Source: an uncultured Chlamydiae bacterium (lineage in GTDB: Bacteria > Chlamydiota > Chlamydiia > Chlamydiales > SM23-39). Taken from it: a DNA stretch of 64,000 nucleotides. The stretch lies in assembly GCA_903893545.1 (NCBI GenBank), contig CAITMJ010000031.1, positions 7,032 to 71,031 of the forward strand. Direction: 5' to 3'. Every line of letters begins with the position of its first letter. Positions within the stretch are counted from its first letter, which is position 1. Below, piece after piece: positions 1 to 8,124 of this stretch. The notes under the pieces were generated by a model, which was not told where the DNA came from, did not search any database, and worked only from the letters and a program-made list of their open reading frames with translations. Both the position numbers and the translations under genes were made by a program.

Positions 1-419
1 TGGATACGATCACCGAAGATTACCTCACTGGAAAAGCAAACGCCGAAGGGATCCAAGCCATCTTTCGAGAAGTCAACGAGACGAGAAATTCCATCCTAGA
101 AAAACAAAAAGAGCTCGAAACGATCCTCAAAGCATACCCGAAATTTCGCGGCGGAGTGTTTCATCTAGCCGTCACCTACCTGCAACTCGGCCGAGAAAAA
201 GAGGCTATCCCCGTCTTAGAAAGATACATGAATTTAGATCCAACCAATCCCACCGTCTGCTACTACCTCTCTGCGCTCTACGCGCAGCGGACGAACTACA
301 AGGCCGCCTGGAAATATCTCAAAGCCACCGAAGCGCTCCTTGCCCCCAAAGGAACCCTTCCTCGCACCCTCGCAGATCTCCGCACCAACTTGCTGCGCTC
401 CTGTCCCGAACCTCAGTAA
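1..419 (+). CDS. TPR-repeat protein, 5' end cut by window edge
   Basis: Frame is open from nt 3 to TAA at 417-419. The C-terminal part (FHLAVTYLQLGREKEAIPVLERYMNLDPTNPTVCYYLSALYAQRTNYKAAWKYL) reads as two TPR-like helical repeats. Confidence 0.6.
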   Translation, partial: DTITEDYLTGKANAEGIQAIFREVNETRNSILEKQKELETILKAYPKFRGGVFHLAVTYLQLGREKEAIPVLERYMNLDPTNPTVCYYLSALYAQRTNYKAAWKYLKATEALLAPKGTLPRTLADLRTNLLRSCPEPQ

Positions 420-471
420 AATAATTGAGTTTTAGTTATACTAGCTCGCTTCAAGCTACGGAGCTGCTCTT

Positions 472-1608
472 ATGGATTTTCCATCCCACTATGAAATTGT
501 TGTCCCTCAGTCGATCGAAAATGACCTTGCGCAATTAAATGCAAATGCAGGAGCTTTAGCCCCTCTCTATGTCGATATCGGCGGAGAGGCAAATTTAAGC
601 ACTTATCGGACGCCCGATGGAAAATCTCTCCTCGATCTATGCGCAACCTCCTCGCTTCCCAATGCCGCTCTTGTGTTGCTGAACCAAGGTTTTTCCTTTC
701 ATGCAGCGGGAAATAATCTGCCGCCAAGACATCAGTGGAATCACAATCATGGCTATTGCGGAGAATGCAGCTTGATCGTCGCGGGATTGGCCTATGGCCA
801 ATACATGTCCCAATACGACGCAAGGGAACTTGCCAGCGGATCTCAATGTAAAGAGCTCCTACTCGGAATCAACGGCCACATAGCACTAGAAAAGATGCAC
901 CTCCAATTCGAAAAGTGGCAAGAAGAAGGCGCTAATGCGTTTCTGTCTTGGATCAAAGCACATGTGCAGCAAGGCCACCCAGTTGCAATCGGCGTCTATA
1001 TGAACCAAAATCAATTCTTTGGCACGACAGATCCCGATGCGGGAGACGATGAGTACGACCATATCGTCCCCATCACTCAAATCAGCGACAATACGATTGA
1101 TTACAACGACAATGGCCTATGGGGAGATGATAGCAATCCTCAATACTATTTCAACTCTCCATTGACTGCTTTCCCAGCCAATCGAGAAGAAGCAAACGCG
1201 CCCAGCGGCCCGATTTATTCTCTTTCCGATGAGACGCTCGATTACGGCGTTGCAATTCTCGGAGTCAATGACCTCAAAAATGAAACATTTCCCGTTCGTA
1301 TCCTGACAAACATCAACGACGAGCCAAATGAGATCCAAGACCATTCAGAAGCGCGCCCTCTGCCAAGCCCCGTCTCGCTGCTCGTGTGCATTTCCAGATT
1401 AACACCGGGAGTTACCTACAATGTGTACGAATACGATGACATTTGTTCGATCCCCGATTCCGATTTTAACAACAATTCAAAAGGAGCAAAATGCACCTCG
1501 ATCTCAATCAATTCCGGATCGAATTATGTATTTACGCGGCAAATCACCTCTGATGAGACGATTGCATTCAGAGTTGTTCAAAAGGAGCAAAGTCGAGTTC
1601 AAGAATAA
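472..1608 (+). CDS. Hypothetical protein, possible papain-fold cysteine peptidase
   Basis: 378-aa ORF. HGYCGECSLIVAGLAYGQ is a candidate nucleophile Cys, and EYDHIVPITQ about 90 aa downstream is a candidate His. I do not recognise a family with certainty. Confidence 0.5.
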   Translation: MDFPSHYEIVVPQSIENDLAQLNANAGALAPLYVDIGGEANLSTYRTPDGKSLLDLCATSSLPNAALVLLNQGFSFHAAGNNLPPRHQWNHNHGYCGECSLIVAGLAYGQYMSQYDARELASGSQCKELLLGINGHIALEKMHLQFEKWQEEGANAFLSWIKAHVQQGHPVAIGVYMNQNQFFGTTDPDAGDDEYDHIVPITQISDNTIDYNDNGLWGDDSNPQYYFNSPLTAFPANREEANAPSGPIYSLSDETLDYGVAILGVNDLKNETFPVRILTNINDEPNEIQDHSEARPLPSPVSLLVCISRLTPGVTYNVYEYDDICSIPDSDFNNNSKGAKCTSISINSGSNYVFTRQITSDETIAFRVVQKEQSRVQE

Positions 1609-2468
1609 TCACTCATCTCGCAATTTTGACATACAGGATAGGCGGAAAGCTCTCCTGTTTGATGAGCGATGACAAACGCCATGTACTCGGGGCTAGAGAA
1701 AATCTCCTCTAGGCTTTGCGTACGAAGATTTCCAAAGGGAATTGTCGCATTGAAATCATAACAACAAGGAATCACATCTAAATTCCACGTGATGTTTAAG
1801 ATGTTTTTCCTCCTCCCTGTGATGACCGGGCATTTCTTATCTTTACTTGGCGTATTGTAATGGCGACCATTACTATAGTTATGGACATAAGACCATTCTC
1901 TTAGGTTGAACCCGAGCTCTTCTGCCCATTGGCAAAAAGAGATTCTCTCCGGAGGTTGAGCCAGAGGTAAAGAAGACGACAGGGTTCTGGCGGGGATTTT
2001 TAAGATCGCCTGAAAAGTTGAAAAACTCTTCTTTGCATCGCTTAAAAGTTGCAGATTTCGTTTGACCTGCTCAAATCCATTATAGCCGTGGATTTTTTTG
2101 TAATCCTCTTGAGTAAATCCATACAAACTGATGACCATCGCAGCTAGGCCAGCTTCGAGCAATTTTTGGAAATAATCGTCCGCTACACGAACCCCTAAAG
2201 TAGAGAAAATCATCCCTTCTGACAAAGGAGATTTTTTCTTCAGTTCTTGGACCTTTTCAACGAGCCCTCTGTCGAGAAGAGGCTCGCCAAATCCATGGAG
2301 ATGAAAGATTCCTTGAAAAGGGCCGATCCGTTCGAGGGCTAAAGAAAAATCCTCTAGCGACATAAAGCCAATTTTCCGCGTTAGACTCTCGCGCGGGCAC
2401 ATGGCGCACTTGTAGCCACAAGAATTCGTATTTTCAATGTGAATTTCTTCAAATCGCGGCGATGACAT
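1599..2468 (-). CDS. Radical SAM enzyme with C-terminal Cys-rich (SPASM/twitch-like) extension
   Basis: N-terminal CxxxCxxC (NSCGYKCAMCPRE) and GFGEPLL motifs. The C-terminus carries Cys clusters (KKCPV, IPCCYDFN, YPVCQNCE). Confidence 0.85.
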   Translation of the reverse strand: MSSPRFEEIHIENTNSCGYKCAMCPRESLTRKIGFMSLEDFSLALERIGPFQGIFHLHGFGEPLLDRGLVEKVQELKKKSPLSEGMIFSTLGVRVADDYFQKLLEAGLAAMVISLYGFTQEDYKKIHGYNGFEQVKRNLQLLSDAKKSFSTFQAILKIPARTLSSSLPLAQPPERISFCQWAEELGFNLREWSYVHNYSNGRHYNTPSKDKKCPVITGRRKNILNITWNLDVIPCCYDFNATIPFGNLRTQSLEEIFSSPEYMAFVIAHQTGELSAYPVCQNCEMSDYS

Positions 2469-2585
2469 AAGCCCCCCTCTACTTAGGAGCCTAATGTAGG
2501 CATTGCCACGTTAATCGGCAACTTATCTCTTGCGCAATTGAGACTGGTTTGCTATAGTTTGTTCTCTATTTTGCAAGGAATTTTT

Positions 2586-2858
2586 ATGTCTAAAGTTTGC
2601 ATCCTCACTGGAAAGAAACCCGGCTCCGGCCGCAGCTATAGCCTTCGCGGGATCGCGAAGAAGAAAAAAGGGATTGGCTTGAAAATCACCGGTTGCACCA
2701 ACCGTCGTTTTCTACCAAACCTTAAGAAAAAAAGACTCTGGGACCCTGAGAACGGCCAATTCGTAACGATTCGCCTCTCTGCTGCAGCCCTTCGCACGAT
2801 CGACAAGAACGGTTTACCTGCTGTTGTGCGCAAAGCCGCAAAACGTTGCTGTAAATAA
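2586..2858 (+). CDS. rpmB: 50S ribosomal protein L28
   Basis: [22 protein letters not shown]...[14 protein letters not shown] is typical of L28. I chose the ATG at 2586 inside the longer tracked ORF. Confidence 0.9.
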   Translation: MSKVCILTGKKPGSGRSYSLRGIAKKKKGIGLKITGCTNRRFLPNLKKKRLWDPENGQFVTIRLSAAALRTIDKNGLPAVVRKAAKRCCK

Positions 2859-2873
2859 ATTTCTTATCAGAAT

Positions 2874-2901
2874 ATAAGGGATCGCTGTAACGATCCCTTA
2901 T
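2874..2901 (+). terminator. Hairpin after rpmB (ataagggatcg / ctgtaa / cgatcccttat), followed by a T-rich run
   Basis: Perfect 11-bp stem read directly from the sequence. It abuts the start of the PLD gene. Confidence 0.4.
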
Positions 2902-3988
2902 GTTTATAAAAAAGCCGCTTTCACAGACCGAAAGACGCATCGTCCAGGTCCCCGCCAGCCTCCAACTGCCCCTCAAACGGCCGAGAAGTCGATTTTTTTC
3001 TTTATTTTGGCTTTTCTCGATCTTTTGCGGTTGTGTATGGCTCATCATCGAATCGATCTCTCCGAACCAGCCAAAATCGACAGAACCCCCTAAATTTTAC
3101 TCCAACCAAGCGCAGCAAGACCTTCGCCTAACCCTTGTCGACGCCATCCGAAAAGCTTCCCAATCGATCCATCTGGTCATGTTTGGCCTTAGCGATACCG
3201 CCATCCTCAACGCCCTTTCTCATAAGACAATCCCCACCTCGATCTACTACGACCCCAATGGCACTCCCAATTTATGGAGCGTATTGCCCGATGCAGACCT
3301 CCATCCGGTGCATAGCTATGGCCTGATGCATCAAAAAATCCTGATTTGCGACCGAGAGACCATCTTCATCGGTTCGGCCAACATGACCACAGCATCTCTG
3401 ACCATGCACGACAACCTCGTCATTGGCCTTAAAAGTCAGAAAATCGCCCAATTCCTCATTGAAAAAAGCCCTAAATCCCCAGGTTATCTCCGCGCTATGG
3501 TCGGGGGGCAAGACGTAGAGATCTGGCTTCTTCCGGACCCTCGCGGCCACGCTCTTCAAGACCTACGCAGAAAGATCCGCTCTGCCCGTGAGTCGCTCAA
3601 AATCGCCCTCTTTACCTTCACCCATCCGGCCCTTATCGACGAAGTTGTCGACGCCCAAAAAAGAGGCGTCGCCGTCACTCTCATCCTCGACATGCACTCT
3701 AGCCTTGGCGCGAGCAACACAGCGATGGAGCGCATCAAAAAATGCGGAGCTCACGTCCTCCAGAGCCAAGGGCTCCAGCTCCTCCACCACAAATTCATCC
3801 TCATCGACGACCAGACCTTCGTCACCGGCTCGGCGAACTGGACAAAAGCCGCCTTCTATAAAAACAGCGACTGCATCCTCGTCATTCACCAACTCAACGA
3901 CACCCAAAAAACCTTCATGGATCGCCTATGGCACCGCCTCACCTCCGAATCCCGCCCCATGCCCCACAAAGAGCGCAGACGCACATAA
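2900..3988 (+). CDS. Phospholipase D / cardiolipin-synthase superfamily protein with N-terminal TM segment
   Basis: Two HKD motifs (HQKILICDRETIFIGSANMT and HHKFILIDDQTFVTGSANWT). Hydrophobic N-terminal stretch FFSLFWLFSIFCGCVWLII. Confidence 0.9.
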   Translation: MFIKKPLSQTERRIVQVPASLQLPLKRPRSRFFSLFWLFSIFCGCVWLIIESISPNQPKSTEPPKFYSNQAQQDLRLTLVDAIRKASQSIHLVMFGLSDTAILNALSHKTIPTSIYYDPNGTPNLWSVLPDADLHPVHSYGLMHQKILICDRETIFIGSANMTTASLTMHDNLVIGLKSQKIAQFLIEKSPKSPGYLRAMVGGQDVEIWLLPDPRGHALQDLRRKIRSARESLKIALFTFTHPALIDEVVDAQKRGVAVTLILDMHSSLGASNTAMERIKKCGAHVLQSQGLQLLHHKFILIDDQTFVTGSANWTKAAFYKNSDCILVIHQLNDTQKTFMDRLWHRLTSESRPMPHKERRRT

Positions 3989-4005
3989 GAAGTATGGAAG
4001 AAATT

Positions 4006-4473
4006 GGATTCCGGTAGACGTGCGGGGATGGGGTCCCCACCATCCCCAGCCGCCCCTTTGCGCCTAACTACGGCTGCGCAAAATCGTGTGCTCGCCTGCG
4101 GGGCGTGTAAAACACAGCCCCCCCGGGGTGCTTCGCACTCCTGCGCTACGATTTATGCTTTGCCGTAGCGGCGATTGGCTGCCCCAAGCGCTTCGCGTCG
4201 TGTGTCAGAACCTAATAAGTTCCTCTTCAAGAATATGAGTTCTGGGCCACGACGCGAAAGGGACCCGCGAGGGACCGAGCGGGATGAGCGCATGGACCAG
4301 CCCGACGACGCTACGGCAAAGCACAAATCGTAGCGCAGGAGTGCGAAGCACTTGGGGGGGCTGTGTTGCACACGCCCCCCAACGAGCACACGATTTTGCA
4401 AAGCCGTAGTTAGGCGCAATGGGGCCAGCGGGGGATGATGGGAACCTCATCCCCGACATGTCTATCGGAATCC
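4006..4473. repeat. 468-bp imperfect palindrome (foldback element), non-coding
   Basis: The left arm from ggattccggtagacg... and the reverse complement of the right arm ...cgatagacatgtc... align over about 165 nt with scattered mismatches. Pairing resumes near the centre (cgcgtcgtgtgtcagaac / gttctgggccacgacgcg) around a loop of about 27 nt at roughly 4213-4239. Confidence 0.85.
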
Positions 4474-4554
4474 TATTCCCCCACCCATTGTAAGAAAAAT
4501 ATTGAACTGGAAACATAGATTGATCCATTCTAGAATAGTCATCCATGGAGCATT

Positions 4555-5148
4555 ATGAGCTTGTTGTCGATCGCCCTGCCGCTGTTTTTACTGATGGACT
4601 CTATCGGGAATATTCCGCTGTATTTGAGCTTTTTAAAAGGGGTCGAGCCAAAACGGCAACGCTTCGTGATTGTGCGAGAAATGCTCATTGCCCTGTTTGT
4701 CATCATCGCCTTCAACTTCATCGGCGATGGACTGATGAAGCTTTTAAATATCCAACACGACACGATTCAAGTAGCAGGTGGCATCGTCCTTTTCCTCATC
4801 TGCTTGAAAATGATCTTCCCTCCCCCTCACGATCCAAACGATGCGATCCCCCACGATACGGAACCCTTCATCGTACCGCTGGCCATCCCCCTCATCGCAG
4901 GCCCCTCTGTTTTGGCTGCGGTCATGATTTATTCCCGCGAAGAGATGAACAATTGGATCATGGTTGGAGCAATCCTGCTCGCTTGGGGCGCTTCCCTAAT
5001 TATCCTGATGCTCTCCTCTTTCCTCAAACACTTACTCGGGTGGCGCGGAATCATGGCGGTGGAACGGCTCATGGGACTGATCATGATCTTGATTGCAGTC
5101 CAAATGTTCTTGAGCGGCCTTGGCGTCTTCATCAAAGCCAATCGGTAA
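4555..5148 (+). CDS. marC: MarC/UPF0056 family integral membrane protein
   Basis: MSLLSIALPLFLLMDSIGNIPLYLSFL and a multi-TM profile, both typical of the MarC (NAAT) family. Confidence 0.8.
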   Translation: MSLLSIALPLFLLMDSIGNIPLYLSFLKGVEPKRQRFVIVREMLIALFVIIAFNFIGDGLMKLLNIQHDTIQVAGGIVLFLICLKMIFPPPHDPNDAIPHDTEPFIVPLAIPLIAGPSVLAAVMIYSREEMNNWIMVGAILLAWGASLIILMLSSFLKHLLGWRGIMAVERLMGLIMILIAVQMFLSGLGVFIKANR

Positions 5149-5870
5149 AACTTGTCGTCTCCTATGTAGGCACAAACTACTTCGGGTGGCAAAAAACCAA
5201 ATCGGGCCCCTCTATCCAAGAAGCGCTGGAAAAGGCATGCGCAAAAATCCTTCAAGAAAAAGTTACTTGTGAGGCCGCAAGCCGAACCGACCGAGGTGTC
5301 CATGCAGAGGCCCAGGTCGTCCAATTCTACCTCTCTAAAGCGTGGCCAGAAGAAAAGCTGCAAAAAGCATTGAATAGCGCGCTTCCTCGCGACATCCGGA
5401 TCGTAGAGCTCAGCTACAAAGAATTCCATCCATCGCTCGATGCAACGGGGAAAACATATTTTTATGACCTCTGCTCCGGCCCCGTCCAAGACCCGTTCTT
5501 TCGGCATCTTTCCTGGCACTACCCTTACAAAATCGATCTCCAAATAATGCGGCAAGCAGCGAGCGAGCTCATCGGCCAGCATGACTTTTCTGCCTTTACG
5601 ACAGAACCTCAAAAAAATCCTCTTTGCACGCTGATGAGCATCGATTTTGTCCCTTTAAGGGAAGATCGCCTTCGCATCGTTTTGACAGGGGACCGCTTCC
5701 TCTATAAAATGGCCCGCACGCTCGCAGGCACTCTAGCCAATATCGGCTCAGGAAAACTCACCTCGCTCCCGCAAAGAAAAGACCGGAGGGCGGCCGGCGT
5801 CACAGCGCCTCCTCACGGCCTAACTCTTTCTAGAATTTATTATGGAGAGTTGTTAGACTTCTCTCCATGA
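5040..5870 (+). CDS. truA: tRNA pseudouridine(38-40) synthase TruA (start uncertain)
   Basis: The conserved N-terminus KLVVSYVGTNYFGWQ begins at about 5148, and catalytic RTDRGVHA is present. The nearest in-frame canonical start is GTG at 5040, which overlaps marC by 109 nt. TGA at 5868-5870 overlaps the map ATG. Confidence 0.8.
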   Translation: MARNHGGGTAHGTDHDLDCSPNVLERPWRLHQSQSVKLVVSYVGTNYFGWQKTKSGPSIQEALEKACAKILQEKVTCEAASRTDRGVHAEAQVVQFYLSKAWPEEKLQKALNSALPRDIRIVELSYKEFHPSLDATGKTYFYDLCSGPVQDPFFRHLSWHYPYKIDLQIMRQAASELIGQHDFSAFTTEPQKNPLCTLMSIDFVPLREDRLRIVLTGDRFLYKMARTLAGTLANIGSGKLTSLPQRKDRRAAGVTAPPHGLTLSRIYYGELLDFSP

Positions 5871-6742
5871 ATTTTGAACGAAACGATCCTTGCTGGTGCG
5901 GAAGCGGAAAAAAATGGAAAAAATGCCATTACCCTGCAATGCCAAAAACACAATTGAGCGAGCAGGCTCTTTTCTATTTAAAAGAGTTCAACATCCTATT
6001 AAAAACCCCTGAACAGATCGAAGGAATCCGAAAAGCTTGCGCCATCACCGCCAAGATCCTCGATCAACTCTGCACGGCTGCACGGCCAGGCGTCACAACG
6101 CTAGAGCTCGATCAACTCTCTCGGAAACTGCACAAAGAGGCGGGCGTTATCCCTGCTCCACTTGGCTATGGAGAGCCTCCTTACCCAAAAACAATCTGCA
6201 CATCGCTCAATGAAGTGATCTGCCACGGCATCCCAGACACCCGCCCACTCCAAGATGGAGATATCTGCAATATCGATGTCTCTTGCATCAGAGAAGGATA
6301 TTTTGGCGATACGAGCCGGATGGTTACAATTGGAAAAATCTCTCCGAAGAAAAAACTCGTCGTCGACGTCTCTTATGAGTGTTTATATCGAGCCATTGCC
6401 GTAGCCAAGCCAGGAGTCCCTATTTCTGCGATCGGGCAAGTCATCGAAGATTACGCCACTTCTAAAGGATGTTCGGTCGTCAATCAGTTCATCGGCCACG
6501 GCATTGGCCTCTCTTTCCATGAAGCGCCTGAAGTATGCCACCACTACAACAACAATCAAATCCCAATGGCGCCGGGAATGACCTTCACCATCGAACCGAT
6601 GATCAACGCGGGCGTTCGCGAAGGGGTCATCGATCCCATCGATCACTGGACTGTCCGCACAAAAGATGGCGAACCATCCGCTCAGTGGGAACACACCCTC
6701 CTCATCACTGAAGACGGCGCTGAAATTCTGACACTGCTTTAA
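5867..6742 (+). CDS. map: Type I methionine aminopeptidase with N-terminal SEC-C zinc motif
   Basis: DPCWCGSGKKWKKCH SEC-C motif followed by a MetAP core (ICHGIP, DICNIDVS, GHGIG, EPM, WEHT). Confidence 0.9.
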   Translation: MNFERNDPCWCGSGKKWKKCHYPAMPKTQLSEQALFYLKEFNILLKTPEQIEGIRKACAITAKILDQLCTAARPGVTTLELDQLSRKLHKEAGVIPAPLGYGEPPYPKTICTSLNEVICHGIPDTRPLQDGDICNIDVSCIREGYFGDTSRMVTIGKISPKKKLVVDVSYECLYRAIAVAKPGVPISAIGQVIEDYATSKGCSVVNQFIGHGIGLSFHEAPEVCHHYNNNQIPMAPGMTFTIEPMINAGVREGVIDPIDHWTVRTKDGEPSAQWEHTLLITEDGAEILTLL

Positions 6743-8124
6743 AATAGACTGCTCTGCTCAAACAAGAGAGTCGATTTCTTTATTTTTTTTTTTACTTCTT
6801 GCTGCTGCTGCATGAGGTGGGTCACAAGCTCTTGAAGAGCCTCATTTTCTTGGCCAAGAAGGCGATTTTCTCCTTCGATGGCGTCGATCTCTAGATGAAT
6901 CTCTTTCGAGATGGGATTAGATTCTAAATCTTTTTCTTGGAGTTTTTGTTTGATTGTCTGTAACTCCGTATCGCTCTGGAAAAGTTCTTTGCGCGTTTGG
7001 TGGAGAATTTGGTTCTTCTCTTCAAATTGCGCCTTGAGCTGACGGAAAAGCTGCTCCATGTGCATGTATTTTTCAAGGCGTGTTTGATACGCCTCGATCT
7101 GCAAGGTAAGCTGCTCTTTTTCCTCGCTTGAGAGAACTTGTTGCTCAGGCTCTACTTGAAGAGAGCGCACTGCCTCGAGTTGCATAGAAAGCTCTTCGAG
7201 CCTTGCATCGGCATTTGCCTTATCAAAAGAAGCTTCTTGAAGCTGTCTTTCCATCTCCATCAGTTTCGTTTCCAAATCCTTGGCTGAGTGTCGAGTCATT
7301 TCATTGAGTTCTTCGAGCCTTGCATTGGCATTTTGAAGCTGTTTTTCCAAATCCCTGGCCAGGCGTTGGGTTGTGTCATTAATCAGATGAGTTTGCTCTT
7401 TTTGAACTCTCGCTTCATTGAGCTCTTCAAAAAGCTGCTTGTTCTGCTGGGCAAGCGCGCTTTCATTAGCCAGGCGAATCAGTTCTTTTTGCAAGGAGTC
7501 AATCTCTTCTAAAAGCTGCCCCTCTTTCCGGGTAAACTGACGAGCCTGTGAAATAGCCGCCTCTTTTTCTTCAATCGATTTAGCCGTTGACTTCCGAAAA
7601 ACGTCATTGAGCACTTGAAGCGTAAAAATTTCGCTATTCGACTCTTCAAATTGAAGGCGCATGGCATCTAGTTTTTCCAGCGCTGCTGCAGCCTCTACAG
7701 CGGCCAGTTCCTTTTGCTGGCTTAAATCCTCTTCCAAAAAGAGGATCGTCTTTTCATTTCTCTCCACTTCGCTCTGCTGCGTAAAGACCCACTTAGATCC
7801 CTCTTCAAAGACTAAAGCAGAGATGAAAAGAGCAAGCCCAATCGCTCCCTCAAGTCCTGCTTGCCAGGCATGATGGTGAGGAAAGAGAACATGTTTTGCC
7901 CCTGCAGAAAAAGCGAGCAAGAGAACAGCGGCGACAAGACCACGAGTTTTCCACTTCGCCGTCAAAAAAAGACCGCAGATAGCCACGAACAAAAGATCGT
8001 AATTAAACGCCGCAGGGACCTTCGCCGTTAGCAGCATCGCCAAGATCAAAAAAAGAGGCCCTATGATCTGAGCCAAAGGAGAAAGAGGTTCTTCAAAACC
8101 AAAAAATGCAGCCAGTTTATTCAT
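6739..8124 (-). CDS. Membrane-anchored long coiled-coil protein (hypothetical)
   Basis: N-terminal ~110 aa contain several hydrophobic helices. About 330 aa of heptad-like E/Q/L/K-rich sequence follow, with internal echoes (NANARLEELNEM / NADARLEELSMQ). The start overlaps the stop of the upstream gene (ATGA). Confidence 0.7.
   Translation of the reverse strand: MNKLAAFFGFEEPLSPLAQIIGPLFLILAMLLTAKVPAAFNYDLLFVAICGLFLTAKWKTRGLVAAVLLLAFSAGAKHVLFPHHHAWQAGLEGAIGLALFISALVFEEGSKWVFTQQSEVERNEKTILFLEEDLSQQKELAAVEAAAALEKLDAMRLQFEESNSEIFTLQVLNDVFRKSTAKSIEEKEAAISQARQFTRKEGQLLEEIDSLQKELIRLANESALAQQNKQLFEELNEARVQKEQTHLINDTTQRLARDLEKQLQNANARLEELNEMTRHSAKDLETKLMEMERQLQEASFDKANADARLEELSMQLEAVRSLQVEPEQQVLSSEEKEQLTLQIEAYQTRLEKYMHMEQLFRQLKAQFEEKNQILHQTRKELFQSDTELQTIKQKLQEKDLESNPISKEIHLEIDAIEGENRLLGQENEALQELVTHLMQQQQEVKKKIKKSTLLFEQSSLF

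Noticed and set aside
3588-4067. 159-aa Ser/Thr/Pro-rich ORF on the plus strand.
   Set aside because: It lies out of frame inside the PLD gene, which has two intact HKD motifs. Its composition is typical of an alternative-frame artefact in GC-richer coding sequence.
4153-4546. Two minus-strand ORFs (88 and 113 aa) inside the PLD-marC gap.
   Set aside because: They lie within the 468-bp palindrome. Mirror-image arms generate open frames on both strands, and I see no RBS, no motif and odd composition.
4545-5039. The long tracked ORF 4545-5870 (441 aa) suggests a much larger protein spanning marC.
   Set aside because: Only the last ~240 aa look like a real protein (TruA). The upstream part overlaps the well-supported MarC membrane protein in another frame and reads as low-complexity R/H/P-rich sequence. 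It is most likely an accidentally open frame.
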